DNA of 64,000 nucleotides from Pocillopora damicornis (taxonomy: Eukaryota). Below are positions 25,754 to 39,500 of this stretch, one piece after another (position 1 is the first letter of the stretch; each line of letters opens with the position of its first letter). The stretch covers positions 1-64,000 of the forward strand of contig NW_020844919.1 of the NCBI RefSeq assembly GCF_003704095.1, given 5' to 3'. The position numbers and the translations under genes were made by a program. The notes beneath the pieces are model-generated. The model was not told the origin of the DNA. It saw nothing but the letters and a program-made list of their open reading frames with translations, and did no database searches.

Positions 25754-26108
25754 CCATATTTCCTAGAATAAACACCCAAGTTATTATTTAAAAATTCAGC
25801 TAAAAGAAAAGGAACATAATTAAGGGGGTAGGATGTAATAAAAATTAAAATAACAGATAACGCACATAAAGGAACTCTGTGAGCACATGGAGGTAGAAAT
25901 AACTGGAACTGACTTATATGGAAAAGATGGTATTTTCCTGTCATGATAACCCTGTAGTTGGAGCTGAAACAGTTGTAAATGAAGTGGCAACAGGTTTTTA
26001 TTGTATCCCTACTATTTAAAAAAGTTAGGGAGGAGGGGGCGCTTGTTTGGTATTGTGGCCTATAGGGTGGGAACCATAGGAGAAGGGTGCTTGTTCCAGG
26101 AAATATGG
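25754..26108. mobile_element. Tc1/mariner-type MITE remnant
   Basis: CCATATTTCCTAGAATAAACACCC and GGGTGCTTGTTCCAGGAAATATGG|TA are inverted termini matching at 21 of 24 positions. Confidence 0.65.
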
Positions 26109-26294
26109 TACATATTAAAACCTACTCATGTTACAGCGTAGGGTCAGAGTAAAGGAACTGCCATAGTGCAACACTTTCTTTTGCTTACAACTCTCTAATT
26201 GTAGTCTTTGGTAAGAGAGAATCACAAAACCTTCAGGAAATTGAACTCCTTTTCTCCTCATATCCAATCTGACCACTATGTATTTACAGCAATC

Positions 26295-27437
26295 TCATTC
26301 CAGTCTCTGTTTGCAGAAGACGCAAAAACTGAAGTCCATAAGATGGATTGTGTTGCGGTGCTGTTGGCATAAAATTCTTTTTCTTCCCACAAATGACTTT
26401 CCACATCCCCTGCACTGGATTGTTTCCGGAGATCTGTTACAGTTACAGGCAACCTCCTAAAAGTAAAAAACGCAATGTTTGACGTTTCTGCACTCCATCA
26501 TTAGGAACTCCCTGAAGATTTTAAATAGCTTTACACTAATAAGTAACAGCTCGTACATGGGAAAATAAATTGTGAGATTACTGAAGCGAAAAGGCAGAAT
26601 GCAAAAATAATTTTGAAAGAAAAAAATTTTAAAAATCAAAATAAGAAAGACAAGAAAACTGATGAGGTCATTGTCAACAAAACTAGTTTTATAGATTGTA
26701 AAATTTGCAAAGTGTGTTTACAGTAAATGAAGAGCAAGCTTTTCCTCAGTAAACCTTTAACAGTTGAATAAAAAAGCATGTACCAGTAGGTAGGCATGCT
26801 TTAAATGTTGCCAGTGTACACTTTACCATTAAAATCAGTATGCGTTTCCTCCATACTGTTCTCTTAACATTTCATAGGCTCTTACAAAGAGAATTTGTTC
26901 AACAATCATGAGCCTCTCTGACTGATGTTCATTGCTTTGTATGTGCGATTCAGGGCGATGTGCTGAGAAGTTAGATGCTAGTCACTGAGAGGTCTAGTGC
27001 ATTCACATTTACATTTGAGACTGGACAGTCCTACGGAATAACCCGTAGTGAATAATGACTTATCAGTAGAAGACGTAGAGAAAAACATGAAACTACTTTT
27101 TTTTTAACTGTACCAACTGCTTAGGAAACTTCTTCAACTGCTTAGGAAACTTCTTCAACTGCTTAGGAAACTTCTATTCAAGATGCGAGATAACGTTTTA
27201 ACTGTTTCTTAATAAAACGAATACTTCAGCACTGAGCCACAATGCAAGGAAAGCTCTTATAAGGAAAAACACCTTCAGTTATTTCTTACTATGCATCACG
27301 AAATAGGATAGATTTGAGAAAGAACTAAAGTAAAAGAATATATGTTTATTCAATAAAAACAACACCTACACGCCAATTCGCACACTGACTTGAGCACAAA
27401 CACTAAGAAATACCAGAAAGATAGAGGTACTCACCAT
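26295..27437 (-). CDS. 54-aa Cys/His-rich putative zinc-binding microprotein (resembles Drosophila CG13380-like proteins)
   Basis: ATG|GTGAGT at 27437-27435 splices to exon 26456-26295 after a TTTTACTTTTAG acceptor, giving MEVACNCNRSPETIQCRGCGKSFVGRKRILCQQHRNTIHLMDFSFCVFCKQRLE* with CxC, CxxC, CxxH and CxxC. Upstream UTR exon donor near 27651. Confidence 0.75.
27114..27175. repeat. 21-bp minisatellite, 3 copies
   Basis: (CAACTGCTTAGGAAACTTCTT)x3. Confidence 0.9.
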
Positions 27438-30400
27438 CCGAGGTTCGTTATTATTTTTTTCCGAAGACTCAGTTACGTTTATTGCTTTAGCTGCAATAGG
27501 AATAACCGAAAATTATCTGTGAGTCAGCTGTCTTCAATCTGCGAGCAACGCTAACACTGGCAAATTTTATCACACCATTAGCCTCCAAACTACCGAACAA
27601 AAATCATTGACATAAACGAGGGGAGACTGTCTTCCATAAATAAGATACTTACAATCCGTGTGATAGTAGCCGTACATCAAGTTTCTGTTCATTTTAGCAG
27701 AGGATTTTTGGCTGGCTAACGTAATGCTTTGACTGAAACCTAGTTCTCATTAGCGAGGTCCTCAAATGACAACTACACTGTGTGCGACCTCACATGTGCG
27801 CTTTTTTGGCGGGAGACGTCACTCACACCCAGACCCTGGGGATCGTGGGAAATTTAGTAGATTTAAAGACGATATGATATGATTGGTGCGCTTTTGTCTT
27901 GACGATTAGTAAGCGTTTCCTCTTATTTGCCGCCAATGCAGTAGTTACAGCTCTAATATTCTCTCAGCGACGATCAATGAAGTGAAGGCACCTTAAGGCA
28001 TTATAATCATTTTGTTCTTTTGCCCTTCTACACTTCTCTTAATTAAAAGTGATTTCCGCCGTCAATTTATTGACTATTTGATCTGATCGAAAGCAATTAA
28101 TGTCATGCTTTGAGTCAGTTGTTGCTGACTCGTTTTAAGATCTGTCGAAAAACTTGGTAGCAGTAAAACAAAAAAAGGAAGAAAAAGTTAATCGCAGTTG
28201 TCACGCAAAAATACTTATTTCACCTTCGGAATTTTATTTTTTTAACCGTTTAAACTCCGGAAGTAAACAGTTCCACCCACTCACCAACAAGGGCCACGTG
28301 TGTCAAGAAACAATACCACCCAAAATAGACTCCATGCAAACATTAGCAGTGCATCTGGAGAGAAAAGATTACTCATGAACCCTCTTTCCAAGCCCTGTCT
28401 ATCACACCCGTCATGCAAAACGATTGGGCCACAAAATTACGTCTGCGTCAGCTAAATTTATGATTTTCTTACGACCTGGGTATGCATGAGTGATTATAAA
28501 TAGTTATTGAAGTAAAATACCGGAACAGCAATCTTCCACTTCCTTCGAAATGATATTCGCTTTTCACTATCGAAATAGTTTCACGTAATTTGGATACAAC
28601 TGTTTGTTCGCTTAGAAGAGGGAAACGCACATCGAAAAAAGCGAATTTAGATTTGAATGATTTGCGCCAAGGTTATCTTGAGTAAGATGATGCCGCCAAA
28701 GTTGTGGAAGAAATATTTCCCTTCATGTCGGATGAGAACAATAGGAGCTCGTTTGCAATCAATAGGTGAGAACAAAAAATTATTTCACACCACCTTTTGA
28801 TCGTTAACGTTATTTTAAGTTATTACCGACTTAATGATCAAAAGAGGCGAAGCCGGAAACAAACGAAATGCTAAAACAAAAAAACAAAAAAGACAAAACG
28901 AAAGGGAAAGTAACAAATAAACTCTGAATAAATGAGTGAAAGAGTATATGAATTATTGATTGATCGAATGAATAATAGAAAGAAGGGAGTAACTGCATTG
29001 GAAGGTTGGGGGTTGGGGCAGGATGAACTAACATCAGTTGCAAAATGAGTTGAGTCATGTTACCACTACAAGAGGTCACCACGCGATCCAACACGTATTC
29101 CCCCACCCCCCCTCTTGCAATGATGGTAGCAAAGCAGTATCATGTACAAAACCTCGACGAACAACAATGAATCGAGGAAGGGAGACTGTATTTGTTTTCC
29201 TAGCACTGTAGATTACTTCTCGAACTTCTGATGAAGTAGGGAAATGAACTTTCTGCGCAAGGTGTCTCAACATTTTTGCAATTGGTTGTAACTTGAGCGA
29301 TCTTGCTGAGCGTAGTCTCCGAAGTGGTACCAAGAGTTTTACCACTGCTTTGCAGTCACAACTTCTATAGCATTCTCTCTCTCTAACTCCAACTATTATT
29401 ACTAGAATAACGTACTACTATAACCATAAACTGCGTTGAATCACATTAAGTATTTCTTACGGAGATTGAAGGCAAGACATCATGGATTTCGAGTTCTCAA
29501 AATATATGTATATTTTCCCGTACATTAATTTAAATCTTTTACAATGTTTATGCCAATACGAACGGTAGGAATAACTACAGATATTGGAGAAAAATATTGC
29601 AAGAACTGATCGCTTAGCTTAATAATATTGTAAGTGAAGACAACTGTTGGATGGAAACTCTACAGGGCTCATATTAATAAATTAATGCCATCTATTGACA
29701 GCCATGTAAAGAAATAATTTTCTTTATTTATGGGAAAAATATACTTTTCTTTCGAGTGTTCAGAGATAACTTACTCGTTGTCCTATGTTGTTTAGCTAAA
29801 TCGTCCAAAATCTTTCAAGAATGGAGTTTAGAAAAATTAAAGGACACTCTGGTCAGAAAAAAGAACTAAATTCGCACCTACTTGACGGGTAATAATTGGT
29901 CATAAAAATTTTGTTGATCACAGCCGCTGAAATCAACCTAATCCTCGCAAAAGACAAGTTAACAGAATTTGAACCTGTAACACTCAGCATTTGCGCAAAG
30001 GGAATCAGTCCAATTTTTATTTCTTGTTCCCCAAAAAAAGGAAACTAAGGCTTCAATTTCAAAGTTAGTCAATGTTTCCGCTTCATTTCTTCTCAAAAAG
30101 CGTTCAATTGAAATTTTGACAAGTAACGAAAACATTTTTTGGGGCGGAGTTCCCTGAATAAAACGGACTAAAAAAGTTTTCCGCCTTTGGAAGTGATGCA
30201 TTTTTTTCCCCGGAATAGCGCACATGAGTAATGTAAAGCCGCGAATTCACGACGAGTCATGCAAGGTCACACCTAAACGCCCCTCTACAACTTGTTCCTG
30301 ACATTAAAAAAAAATCTATAAAACCGTGTTCAAACGTAAACGGCAAATTCCATCTTTGATTTCGCTTACAAGGCCCAAGTTCAATTCTTGCCAATGGTCA

Positions 30401-30546
30401 TTCAAATAACCGCGATTCTAAATCACTCTGATCTATGAGCAACCGTTGAGTAGGTTATGTATTCCAGAGAGCATTAGAACGTTGCACTTTAAGATCAATT
30501 AAATCCTCTTATTCATTTTGAAGGCCCGTGGACACTTGATGACATA

Positions 30547-33500
30547 TTAAATGAGGAACGTAGCGTAGTACATCACAATGGCGAATAAAACTATCATGGC
30601 GGAAAAGAGTCCCAATTGAACTTTAATGAACACATTCAGACCTGTCTCTATGTGCGAGATTTTTCTGTTGCTGGTATCAAGCTGAAAAATAAGAAATGTG
30701 CAAAATTAGCATGAGCAAGGCTTTGGCAGCTTGTCGGCGGAAAGTGAACAACGACGTGTGTGAAAGGGGTGAGGGGGGTATTCTACCCTTGTTGATATTA
30801 AATACCCCCTCCCCTCCCATCCCTTCTGATGTACTTGCCTTTTTCTCCACGTCACTCAGCTGTCGTTGAAGAGCCTGAATGCTGTCGATGGCCATACTAA
30901 GAGTTACTGGTTTACCTTCCGCAATATCAGAATACTGACCGGAAAGCTGAGAACTAGACGCCAGAAATCGGCAACGAAGTCTGAAAGAAAATTCAGAGAT
31001 AGGCTCAAACGCGTAGGGGGGTGGGAGAGGGGAGTTTGGAAGCCCGCTCAGTTGAACTTAATATTCAACGCTCTAACTAAAAGAGCTACGTCACCGGAAT
31101 ATCTTTATTAAAAAAGAAACACCTAAGAACTACAAATAAACCAAAAAAAAAAAAAAACAAGAAGAGGAGAGATGAGGAGAGAGGAAAGAAAAAAGACGGA
31201 GAGGCCTGACACGGTTTGCACGAGAAAAAATAGTAAAACAAGTTGGGGTCTGGGATAGCTGTGCCAGAAGTAAAAGAGAAACGATGAAAATGAAAGTCTT
31301 CGGGATGTACTCGCGACTGTTACTCAAAAGAGTTAAAACACAAAATATACTGGGGAAATATTCTAACCTGTGTTCCACAATATTTGCTTTTGGTATCGTT
31401 TTCCATAATGCAGCAAGTTCACTTGGCGACTTATCATCCTGTAACTCAGTCGACATCACCAAGAACTTGTCTTTTACTACGCTGGCAGCATGACCTAATG
31501 TAACACCACGACATTCCTTTATACTACTCGCGCTTTATCAAGGAACTAATGATTATTTTTAGTTGCCCGCCCTCAAGGACTGAATAGAAAAGAGAGGCAA
31601 GCACTAAATTACTGCAAACCCTGTAATCTTTCTCCCGTAAATTACCGTCAACGATTAGCTGGGATTTTTTCATTCAGCTATTTTCTGATATCTCATAAAA
31701 AAATAAAATAAAATAAATAACACTTCATGGTCCTCTTATGCTGAGCAACCTCTAGAAAAAATATTTTCAAACTTTACCTGGCTGCAAAAAGACACTGACA
31801 TCTGCAGAGGAGTTTGCAGGAATTATACCCGAGCTTGGTCGGACTCGATAACTCTCTGGAGAGGTTGTCTTTACCTGTAAAATCAAAAATTCGCACAGTA
31901 TTAGCGAACAATGTCTACAATCTTTTACTATTCGCGTTAGGCTTGAGTTTTGCCCTTTTCTCCGATCCGGTCCTCCATTTTCGGAGGGGAAGCGGGGAAA
32001 AGAAGCGCGGGCTCATTTACCGAACAGCAGCTACTTACGACCTGTTGGCAGTCACGACAAAATTATTTAAAGTAGTTCTATATAAAATATAAAACTACTG
32101 ACCTTGAAAGCTACTGTTGACAAGGTGTTGTTGGTGAGCGACAACGATTGAAGAATTTCTCCAGTAGAAGTTGTTCCGGTGAAAACTAATTCCTCCGCTG
32201 GCCTGCAATTACCAGAATCGATCAGAATTACGTGCTACAATAATCATGGCGACACACTTCCCGATTTTATACGCCGATCGCCATGATCTGCGATATAAAT
32301 CGCCAATATTTGATATGTTAGATGTCGGCGATTTTCGCCGGCGATCAATTTGCCGCGATTGGAGGATAAAATCGCCAAGTGTGTCATCGGCTTCAGTTTT
32401 AGGTTTGGCTAAAAACTTAGTAGATACGTCAAAACGAAGAAGGAGAACTTCTAAAAAAACAACACATATGCAAAGATTGAGAGAGACTAGAACGGGCTGC
32501 CTTACAACAATATGGAATCTGAAAGTTTATTAAACAATACTAACGTAATACTAAGCAGACTTCCTGTTCTAGTAAAGCCGTCTGGAGGTGCTCGTCTTTG
32601 TGATGATCTTGAACTTACAGCTCGAAGTGTGAGCTTTGTTGAATTATTCCTCTACACAAGAAATAAATGAGTCAGTCTTTAATCTAACCTTCCTCAACAT
32701 GACTGGATGTTCCCCAAAATTATTTCGGGGGTGTTTTATGGTCGTGTGTGAAACCGTAAAGGTCAAAGAAAAAAATTGTTATTTCATTAAAATCGTAAAA
32801 TGAGAATGGTAAAATAAATTCATGAAATTCGTGGTTTCCATGAAGTTGAATGTACGGTTGCTTTGTCTTTTTCAACTCCACACGAGAAAAAAAAATCAAA
32901 CAAAAACCACAACAAAATGAGCTGCACGGAAGTCAAGAGGTACATAAGCCGGTATCTTGCAGCATGGGTGGCCAAACAGGACACCGCAAAGTCATGCCCA
33001 CTTTCGAAGCCTGGTCAGCCAAATAATCTAAGGTTTACGTTGTTCAGGTTAAGTAAATTTAGTACAGTGACTTTTTCGCATCACTCGCCAGCTTGCCATA
33101 TCTGTAACATTCCCAAAAGGAACTACAAATAGACTACGACTAGAGGTCACACGATTAGGAGCGAGAATCAACGGATTAAAGTCGAAAATATCAAACCTGC
33201 TTTGAATTCGACTGAGAAGATGCATTTTCAAGACTCTGGTCGGCTGCAGTAGAAGGCGCATCCTCAAACGTCACCTACAAGTAATCAAAATAACAGCAAG
33301 AAAAAAATTGAGAAAATCGAAAGCTTACAGGCAAAGCTCTGGTAAAACATGCGTTCGATTTGAATAAAAATTCCTGTGAATCTCATATCCCAAGAACTCT
33401 ACAAAACGAAAAAATTATGAGTCAAGCGGCACCAAAGAATTTCTTGGATGGTTGTTCTTTACAGCAAGACGAAAAAGAAGCTGGTTTGACCTTATAAGAG

Positions 33501-36500
33501 ATGTTCTCCATAACTGGAAGTTTAGCCGATGTAAGATTAATCATATGTCTGACAAAGTTAATCCTAAGTAGCGGAAATGAAGGCCGACCGCTCAGCACCG
33601 CTAGGGCAGATCATGTCAAACATTCGTAACAATTGAGTTGTAAGAAGCTTAGAAAACATGAAAATGATTTAACTGGGGTGAAGAGAAAACACATGGTGAT
33701 GCCCAAGGACAACTATTTTTTCTTATCATTATTCGTTTTTTTTTTCCCGAGGAAAGGAATTGCGTGGGGAAGGAAGGAAATTGCCTATCTAACAGCCGGT
33801 TCGGTGAGAAGTCACGCAATGCTCAGCCAAGCGAGGAAGCATTACGTGACCTTCTACGTGACGAATGCGAACCAGACTACTCAGAGAAGGAGGGAAAAGT
33901 GAAGGGAGATGAAAGGAGTGGATAGAAAAGGTGTCAAGAAGGGACAAATTATCGAATCACAAAGATGTTAAGTCATGGTTTGCCTATTCTAAAAAATTCG
34001 AGTTCTCGTTAATTCCCTGTGATCATTATCTTTGTTCTGACAGGCCGTTCTGCAAATTAAACTTTGGTCTAAGTTTGCGAAAAAATAAAAGAAATGCACT
34101 CTGTATGTCTCTGTGAAAGGAATGAATCTTTCTTTATGGCTTTGTTCAATTCTAAATCATCTGTACAAATGATGGAAAGTGTTATGAAATCCTTGAGAAG
34201 TTCATCTCCCGAAGTACCTTCTTTGTATTGGACGGAGGAGCCTCTTCACGCGCATCTTCGCAACTGTCATCGTCAAAATCATTGCCTTGGTTTACGGTAC
34301 CATTTTCAATGAGGTTATCTTCTGTACTGTTGTCAGATAGAGAAAAAAATATCGCATACGATATAAAATATTGGTCTGCAGTACGTATTTGTGCAGGCTG
34401 AGCGAACAATCAAACTCTGCCGCAACATTCCGCATGAACACACCCTTATTTCTTTGATTGGATTTTACAGATTTTGTGCTGGAAACACATTCAGAACCAC
34501 AGAGAAACAGAGAGCCGAGCTTAATAGACTTAAACTGTTGTAATATTATCCTTGTAATATTATCCTTGGCTAAGCATGTTCGGCACGATTTAGGCCTTAC
34601 TTGCCAAACATGCAAAATTTTTCGGAAAATCTTTCATAAGATCTCTGATAGCCTAAGCCCTTCATAAGTTGATAAAACTTTGCAGAGGGCTGTTAAATGG
34701 GCCCCTGACAGGCTGGGGATAAGGAGACATGGCAAAGTTAGACGATTTGAGGGGATAATTTTTCACTTTCTGATTACAAAAAATGGTATTTGATATAAGA
34801 ATAAAAGCACTAGTTACTTTACTACATACAGGCAGAAAAGATCAATAAAAAACATTCAAAATACTTAAGAAGTAGCTGTAACCTAAGATAAAGTTGATGT
34901 TATTTTCCAGAACGGCTTGTGGTAGGAAAAACTTGTGCTTACTTTGTGGATTCAGTGATACCAAGACTGACAAGAGCTTCTTTTGTGGGTGGATAAGAAT
35001 ATTCATAGGGATCCTGTTCAGAAAACATAAAAAAAATTATTCTATTCAACCTGACAATTTACAATTTCACCAATTTTCACAAATAAATTATCATCAGCTA
35101 TTGGCTCTATGCTGTATGCTTTCAATTCACAACATGCCTAAATCACAAAATGAGAAACAAGTCATTATTTTTAAATATGACTTGAACCAGTCTGATTCCA
35201 TAAAGAGATGCTTTTGTCCTCTTCCGCCTACGCTTTGATCTAGGATAGTAAATCTATCCTAAAAGGCACTAATTTTGTGTACAGAGTTTATTCCTCTTAC
35301 ACTCAATTTATTTTCACTCAGAGTTCAGGATAACCATGCACAGGAAAACTTTTGAACTATCCAGCACTTACAGTTCCACCTAATCTAACAAGTAGCTTGT
35401 CTTCATCAACTAGATCCAAAAGTTCAGGTTTGTTTAAAAATCTGGAAGAAGTAAAAAACCATGAATTTTAATGACAAAGCCTTGCATGCCAGCATGGATT
35501 TCTTGAATTGGAGTCAAGCACACCATCTCTAAGCCAAAATATCTTCTTAAGCAGCAAAAAATATCAAACAGCTCGTGAATAAAGTATAAATCTTAAACTG
35601 AACCTGATTTTTTTGACAGCTTCAGGGCTCAGCCATGACTTGACAATTTTCCATGTTGCTGTGGTAAAGAAACAAAACAGATAAAACATGAATCCAAGAA
35701 GATGCAAGAAAGGGTACTCCCTACTTATAAAAGTAGTGATTTAGCAAAGTTGGTTGAGAAATAATTATTAGACTGAGGGAAGTTTGATGTCCTACCATCC
35801 TTGGAGACCCATGGGCTGTCAGTCGATTTTCAGTCAGGGTGGAAGAGCCCCTGAGACTGGGCTCTTCCACCCTGACTAAAAATTTACTCACAGCCCCTGA
35901 GTCTCAGAGGATGATGTCCTGCTCTTAAAGGCCTACTCTGACCAAAACTCACCTCTAGAACAAAAATATCCACTGAATTATGAGTAATCCTTCACAGAAA
36001 AGAGTAATTCCATTGATCTACTTCAGTTAAATGCTTATGTTTTATATGTAGATCAGTATGAATTAAACAAAAATACCTGATAAAATCCAGGGCATTTCCA
36101 CGACTACTAGCCATGCTAATGATAGGAAAGGGAATATATTTTACATTTAGTAACCAAAGGTGGACTTGCATCAGAATAAAGAAATTCATGTTATCCAGCT
36201 TAATTTCATCTCCTACCCAATGTCCATGGAAAGTAATCTCTGAAACAACTTATGATAAATTTTACAAAATCCAGGTCCTAAAACAGCAACAATAAAATAA
36301 TTACATTTTGTAACAGTTATTATAATTATAATAATTATCGCTTGTGACTTAATTTCAAATATTGATGTCAGAATGTTGCAAATTTAAAGAAAACTAAATA
36401 AAGATAAGCAACATTTTCCTAAGAATTGTATTGTAACTCCACCTTCACATAAACACGTAACATATTTTAAATATATCAAAGCTCACCATATTTGATAACC

Positions 36501-39500
36501 CAGTATCCTGCATGTCAAATAAAAATGTTACTTTTCTGCCAGGGAACATTTTCACCTACAACAAAAGAACTATTAATTACTAATGTAGATATAAAATCAT
36601 GAAATACACCTGAGATACCATGAGCACCCTGATAATTCAAAAACCTATCATTTTATTGTACTGGTAAACCCATAGAAAATTGAACTTTATATTATAAAAG
36701 CAGTCCACTGCACTTTCTACCAGTTTAATGGCATACGTAAAACGAAGTCCACTTGGGAGGTTGGGAGAACAATTTATTAAATGTATATATCTCTTGCTGA
36801 TGTGCAAATACTGAGTGCAAAAAAGCTTCAAAAAGGAAAAAAATTCAGGTGAAGACTTCTTAAAGTTTTAATTTAGACAATAAGTCAATGTGACTTACAT
36901 GTTTTTCTAGGAGGAACACAAGGTACCTCTTCAATTCTGGATGTTGCTGTGGATCTTTTTTGTAAAGTTTTCCAATGTAGATGACTGGCAAGATATGATG
37001 AAAATAATTATATTCAGTAAGTAACTGTCCCAATAATAAACAAAGTCACATAAAAAAGTAAAGTTCCCAAACATAGCTAGCCTTCTATAAAATTGAGAAG
37101 AGAGGTTGTAAATTTCAAGCTTGGCCACAGAGGAAAAAAAGTTGTTATTTTTTGCAAAAGATTCCTTTATCCCATGAGCACAGTAAAACAATCAATCACT
37201 TTCCTGATTGACTGCTGATGAGGTTAACCTTTTAACTCTTATAAATGATCAAAATGTAGCTTCTCCCAACTACATCAGAAATCTTAAACCAAACAGATGA
37301 CCAGAAAAAGACAAACTTTGTCAGCAAAGTTGTTGTTACCATCATGATGATAACACTGACTCAAAGGGAAATCTATCTATAGCAGTTAAAGTTGGACGAA
37401 GAGATTCCAATCAAATCTTGGGTGGTCAAGGATTGACCATTCAAATTGGTTAGAATCCCCATCTGAATAAGATACACCTGTCAAAGAAATCATCTAGATC
37501 AACCTCCATTTAAAAGATCTCAAAATAAATTCCCCCCACTCTTTGCTGTACATTTGCTCATAGCAAATAGCTAAAATAATTTACGGTGAAATCAGTCAGC
37601 ATTTTCTCTTCCCCCTCATCACCTTTTGGCCTCATAGCATAATGATATTGTAAGCAAAAATAACTTATTGGTTCTCCATTGGTTAGAGGGGGTTAAACAC
37701 TTACTTAACGTATTTCCATCTTTGTCCCGATTATATGGAAAGAGGAAACCAGCCTCAAACAGTCTCCGGTCTACAGAACGCTCTGTAAGTTCTGCAAATG
37801 TGAATATATCATCAAAAGTAAATCAAGACATGTTAAAAAATGTATTGAATAATCTATGCATCACAAATGAAATTATGTGCAAAATTGTACTATCAATCCT
37901 TTAAACCCTAATATCAGTATGCAACTTCGCCACACTGTTCTCTGATATATTTTTTTGTATTGTCTATCCTACTTACAATCAAACTTTGTCTAACAATCTA
38001 GAGCTTCTTGAGTTTGCGACCATTTCCTTTTTCTCATGACCTTAAGGTTTGATTCAGGGGTGTTAGATTTGGGAGAAATTAGAAGCTTATCACTCTTAGA
38101 GATTAAAAGGTAAATCAACTTGATTTTGTAAACAAGAGTAGACCATTAAACATACCATTAACTCCAAATGATTTTCTCCATCTTAAACACTCCACCTAGC
38201 AGAAGGAAGTAGAAATTTAAATCATTTCATGAGCACAGAGAAGCAATGTTTCTTTATTTTAACAGTTTTTTGTAACAGAAGTTCAAAGCATGGTGCACCA
38301 AGCTTTACATGTAGGTGTAAAATAAAGTCGATCCAATCCGTGTTATAGGTAAAATTACAAGACCATTTGGATAATACATTCTTGGTGGATGGACAGTGTC
38401 GAGTAGTCAACAACCGTAAGGTTTACAACAATGTCAGTGAATACAAAACTGTCAAATTAAAATTCCAAACACTTATCTTCAAGATTTCAACATAATAAGG
38501 ATGCAGATACTCTCAGGAAAGTTTGATTTATGTCCATCAATAAGAGAATCTAAGAATTATTTCTTCTCTAAGAGAGGTCCACTGAAAGGAAAAAATGACT
38601 TAAATGCACATAACTTACCAAGACAGATAATGCAATGTCTACATCCTGCTTGCGAGATTTCAGAAAGCAACTCAACCAGAAGTCCTCATCACGGACTCGT
38701 TTCACGTCTTGTTCATCAAATTCTTGCAAAATTGCACCTAAAATCAAGGATTGGTAGCTTGTGACATAATGAACCCTTAAGATTAATACCACGCAATCTC
38801 TGCCTAATTCCTGTCTCCTACTCATCTTTTCGTGCACATCCACTTTCTGTGACTCAATACTTAAAGGCTTGTTAATTTATTATAGGATAAGGAATTGGGT
38901 ATAGGGAGATAGATAAATGTGTACGCTTGAAAACTAGTGTCACTCGACAATGTGTTGTTGAATGATGAAACATTACATTTCAGACATAAAAAGAAATTAA
39001 AAATTATTAGAGGAGAAAAAAATCCTTAGTGCGAATGAAAGTAGCCTGCCGTATCACTCAGCCCTGATAATGCGGAAAAATTAAATTTGAACCAAGAGAG
39101 AAAAGTAACTTGTAGGAAGAAAATGACGTCATTGTATTTTACTAACATCAAACTGATTAGTACCACAATGAAACTCTCGTTCATAAAATTTAAGATAAAT
39201 TGTTTAAAATCTGTTAAATGGTATTGTTGAAAACATTTTAAATTAAGGAAATTCTCATCATCAAGTAATTATGTTTGAATTAGTATTCGATCTGAATAAA
39301 GTTTCCGCGTTATTTGGTGGCATGAACTGGTTCGAGATGATTCCTCCAGTTTTTTTTTACCGACATTCCTTACGAAAGCAAAAGGCTTCTACTACGTAAA
39401 ATTTAACGTACACTGAAGCTAACCTAGTGAGCACAGTTTCCACGTTTATTTTCCATAAAATTCGTCGAACTTGCATACAAAAACACAGCTGAGAAATAAC

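Noticed and set aside
27114-27175. CRISPR-like repeat
   Set aside because: Contiguous tandem units without spacers, in a eukaryotic intron, with no cas genes.
30839-30940. bHLH helix-2-like reading (KPVTLSMAIDSIQALQRQL)
   Set aside because: It splices in frame into MOSPD2 as the coiled coil before the TM anchor; no basic region or helix 1.
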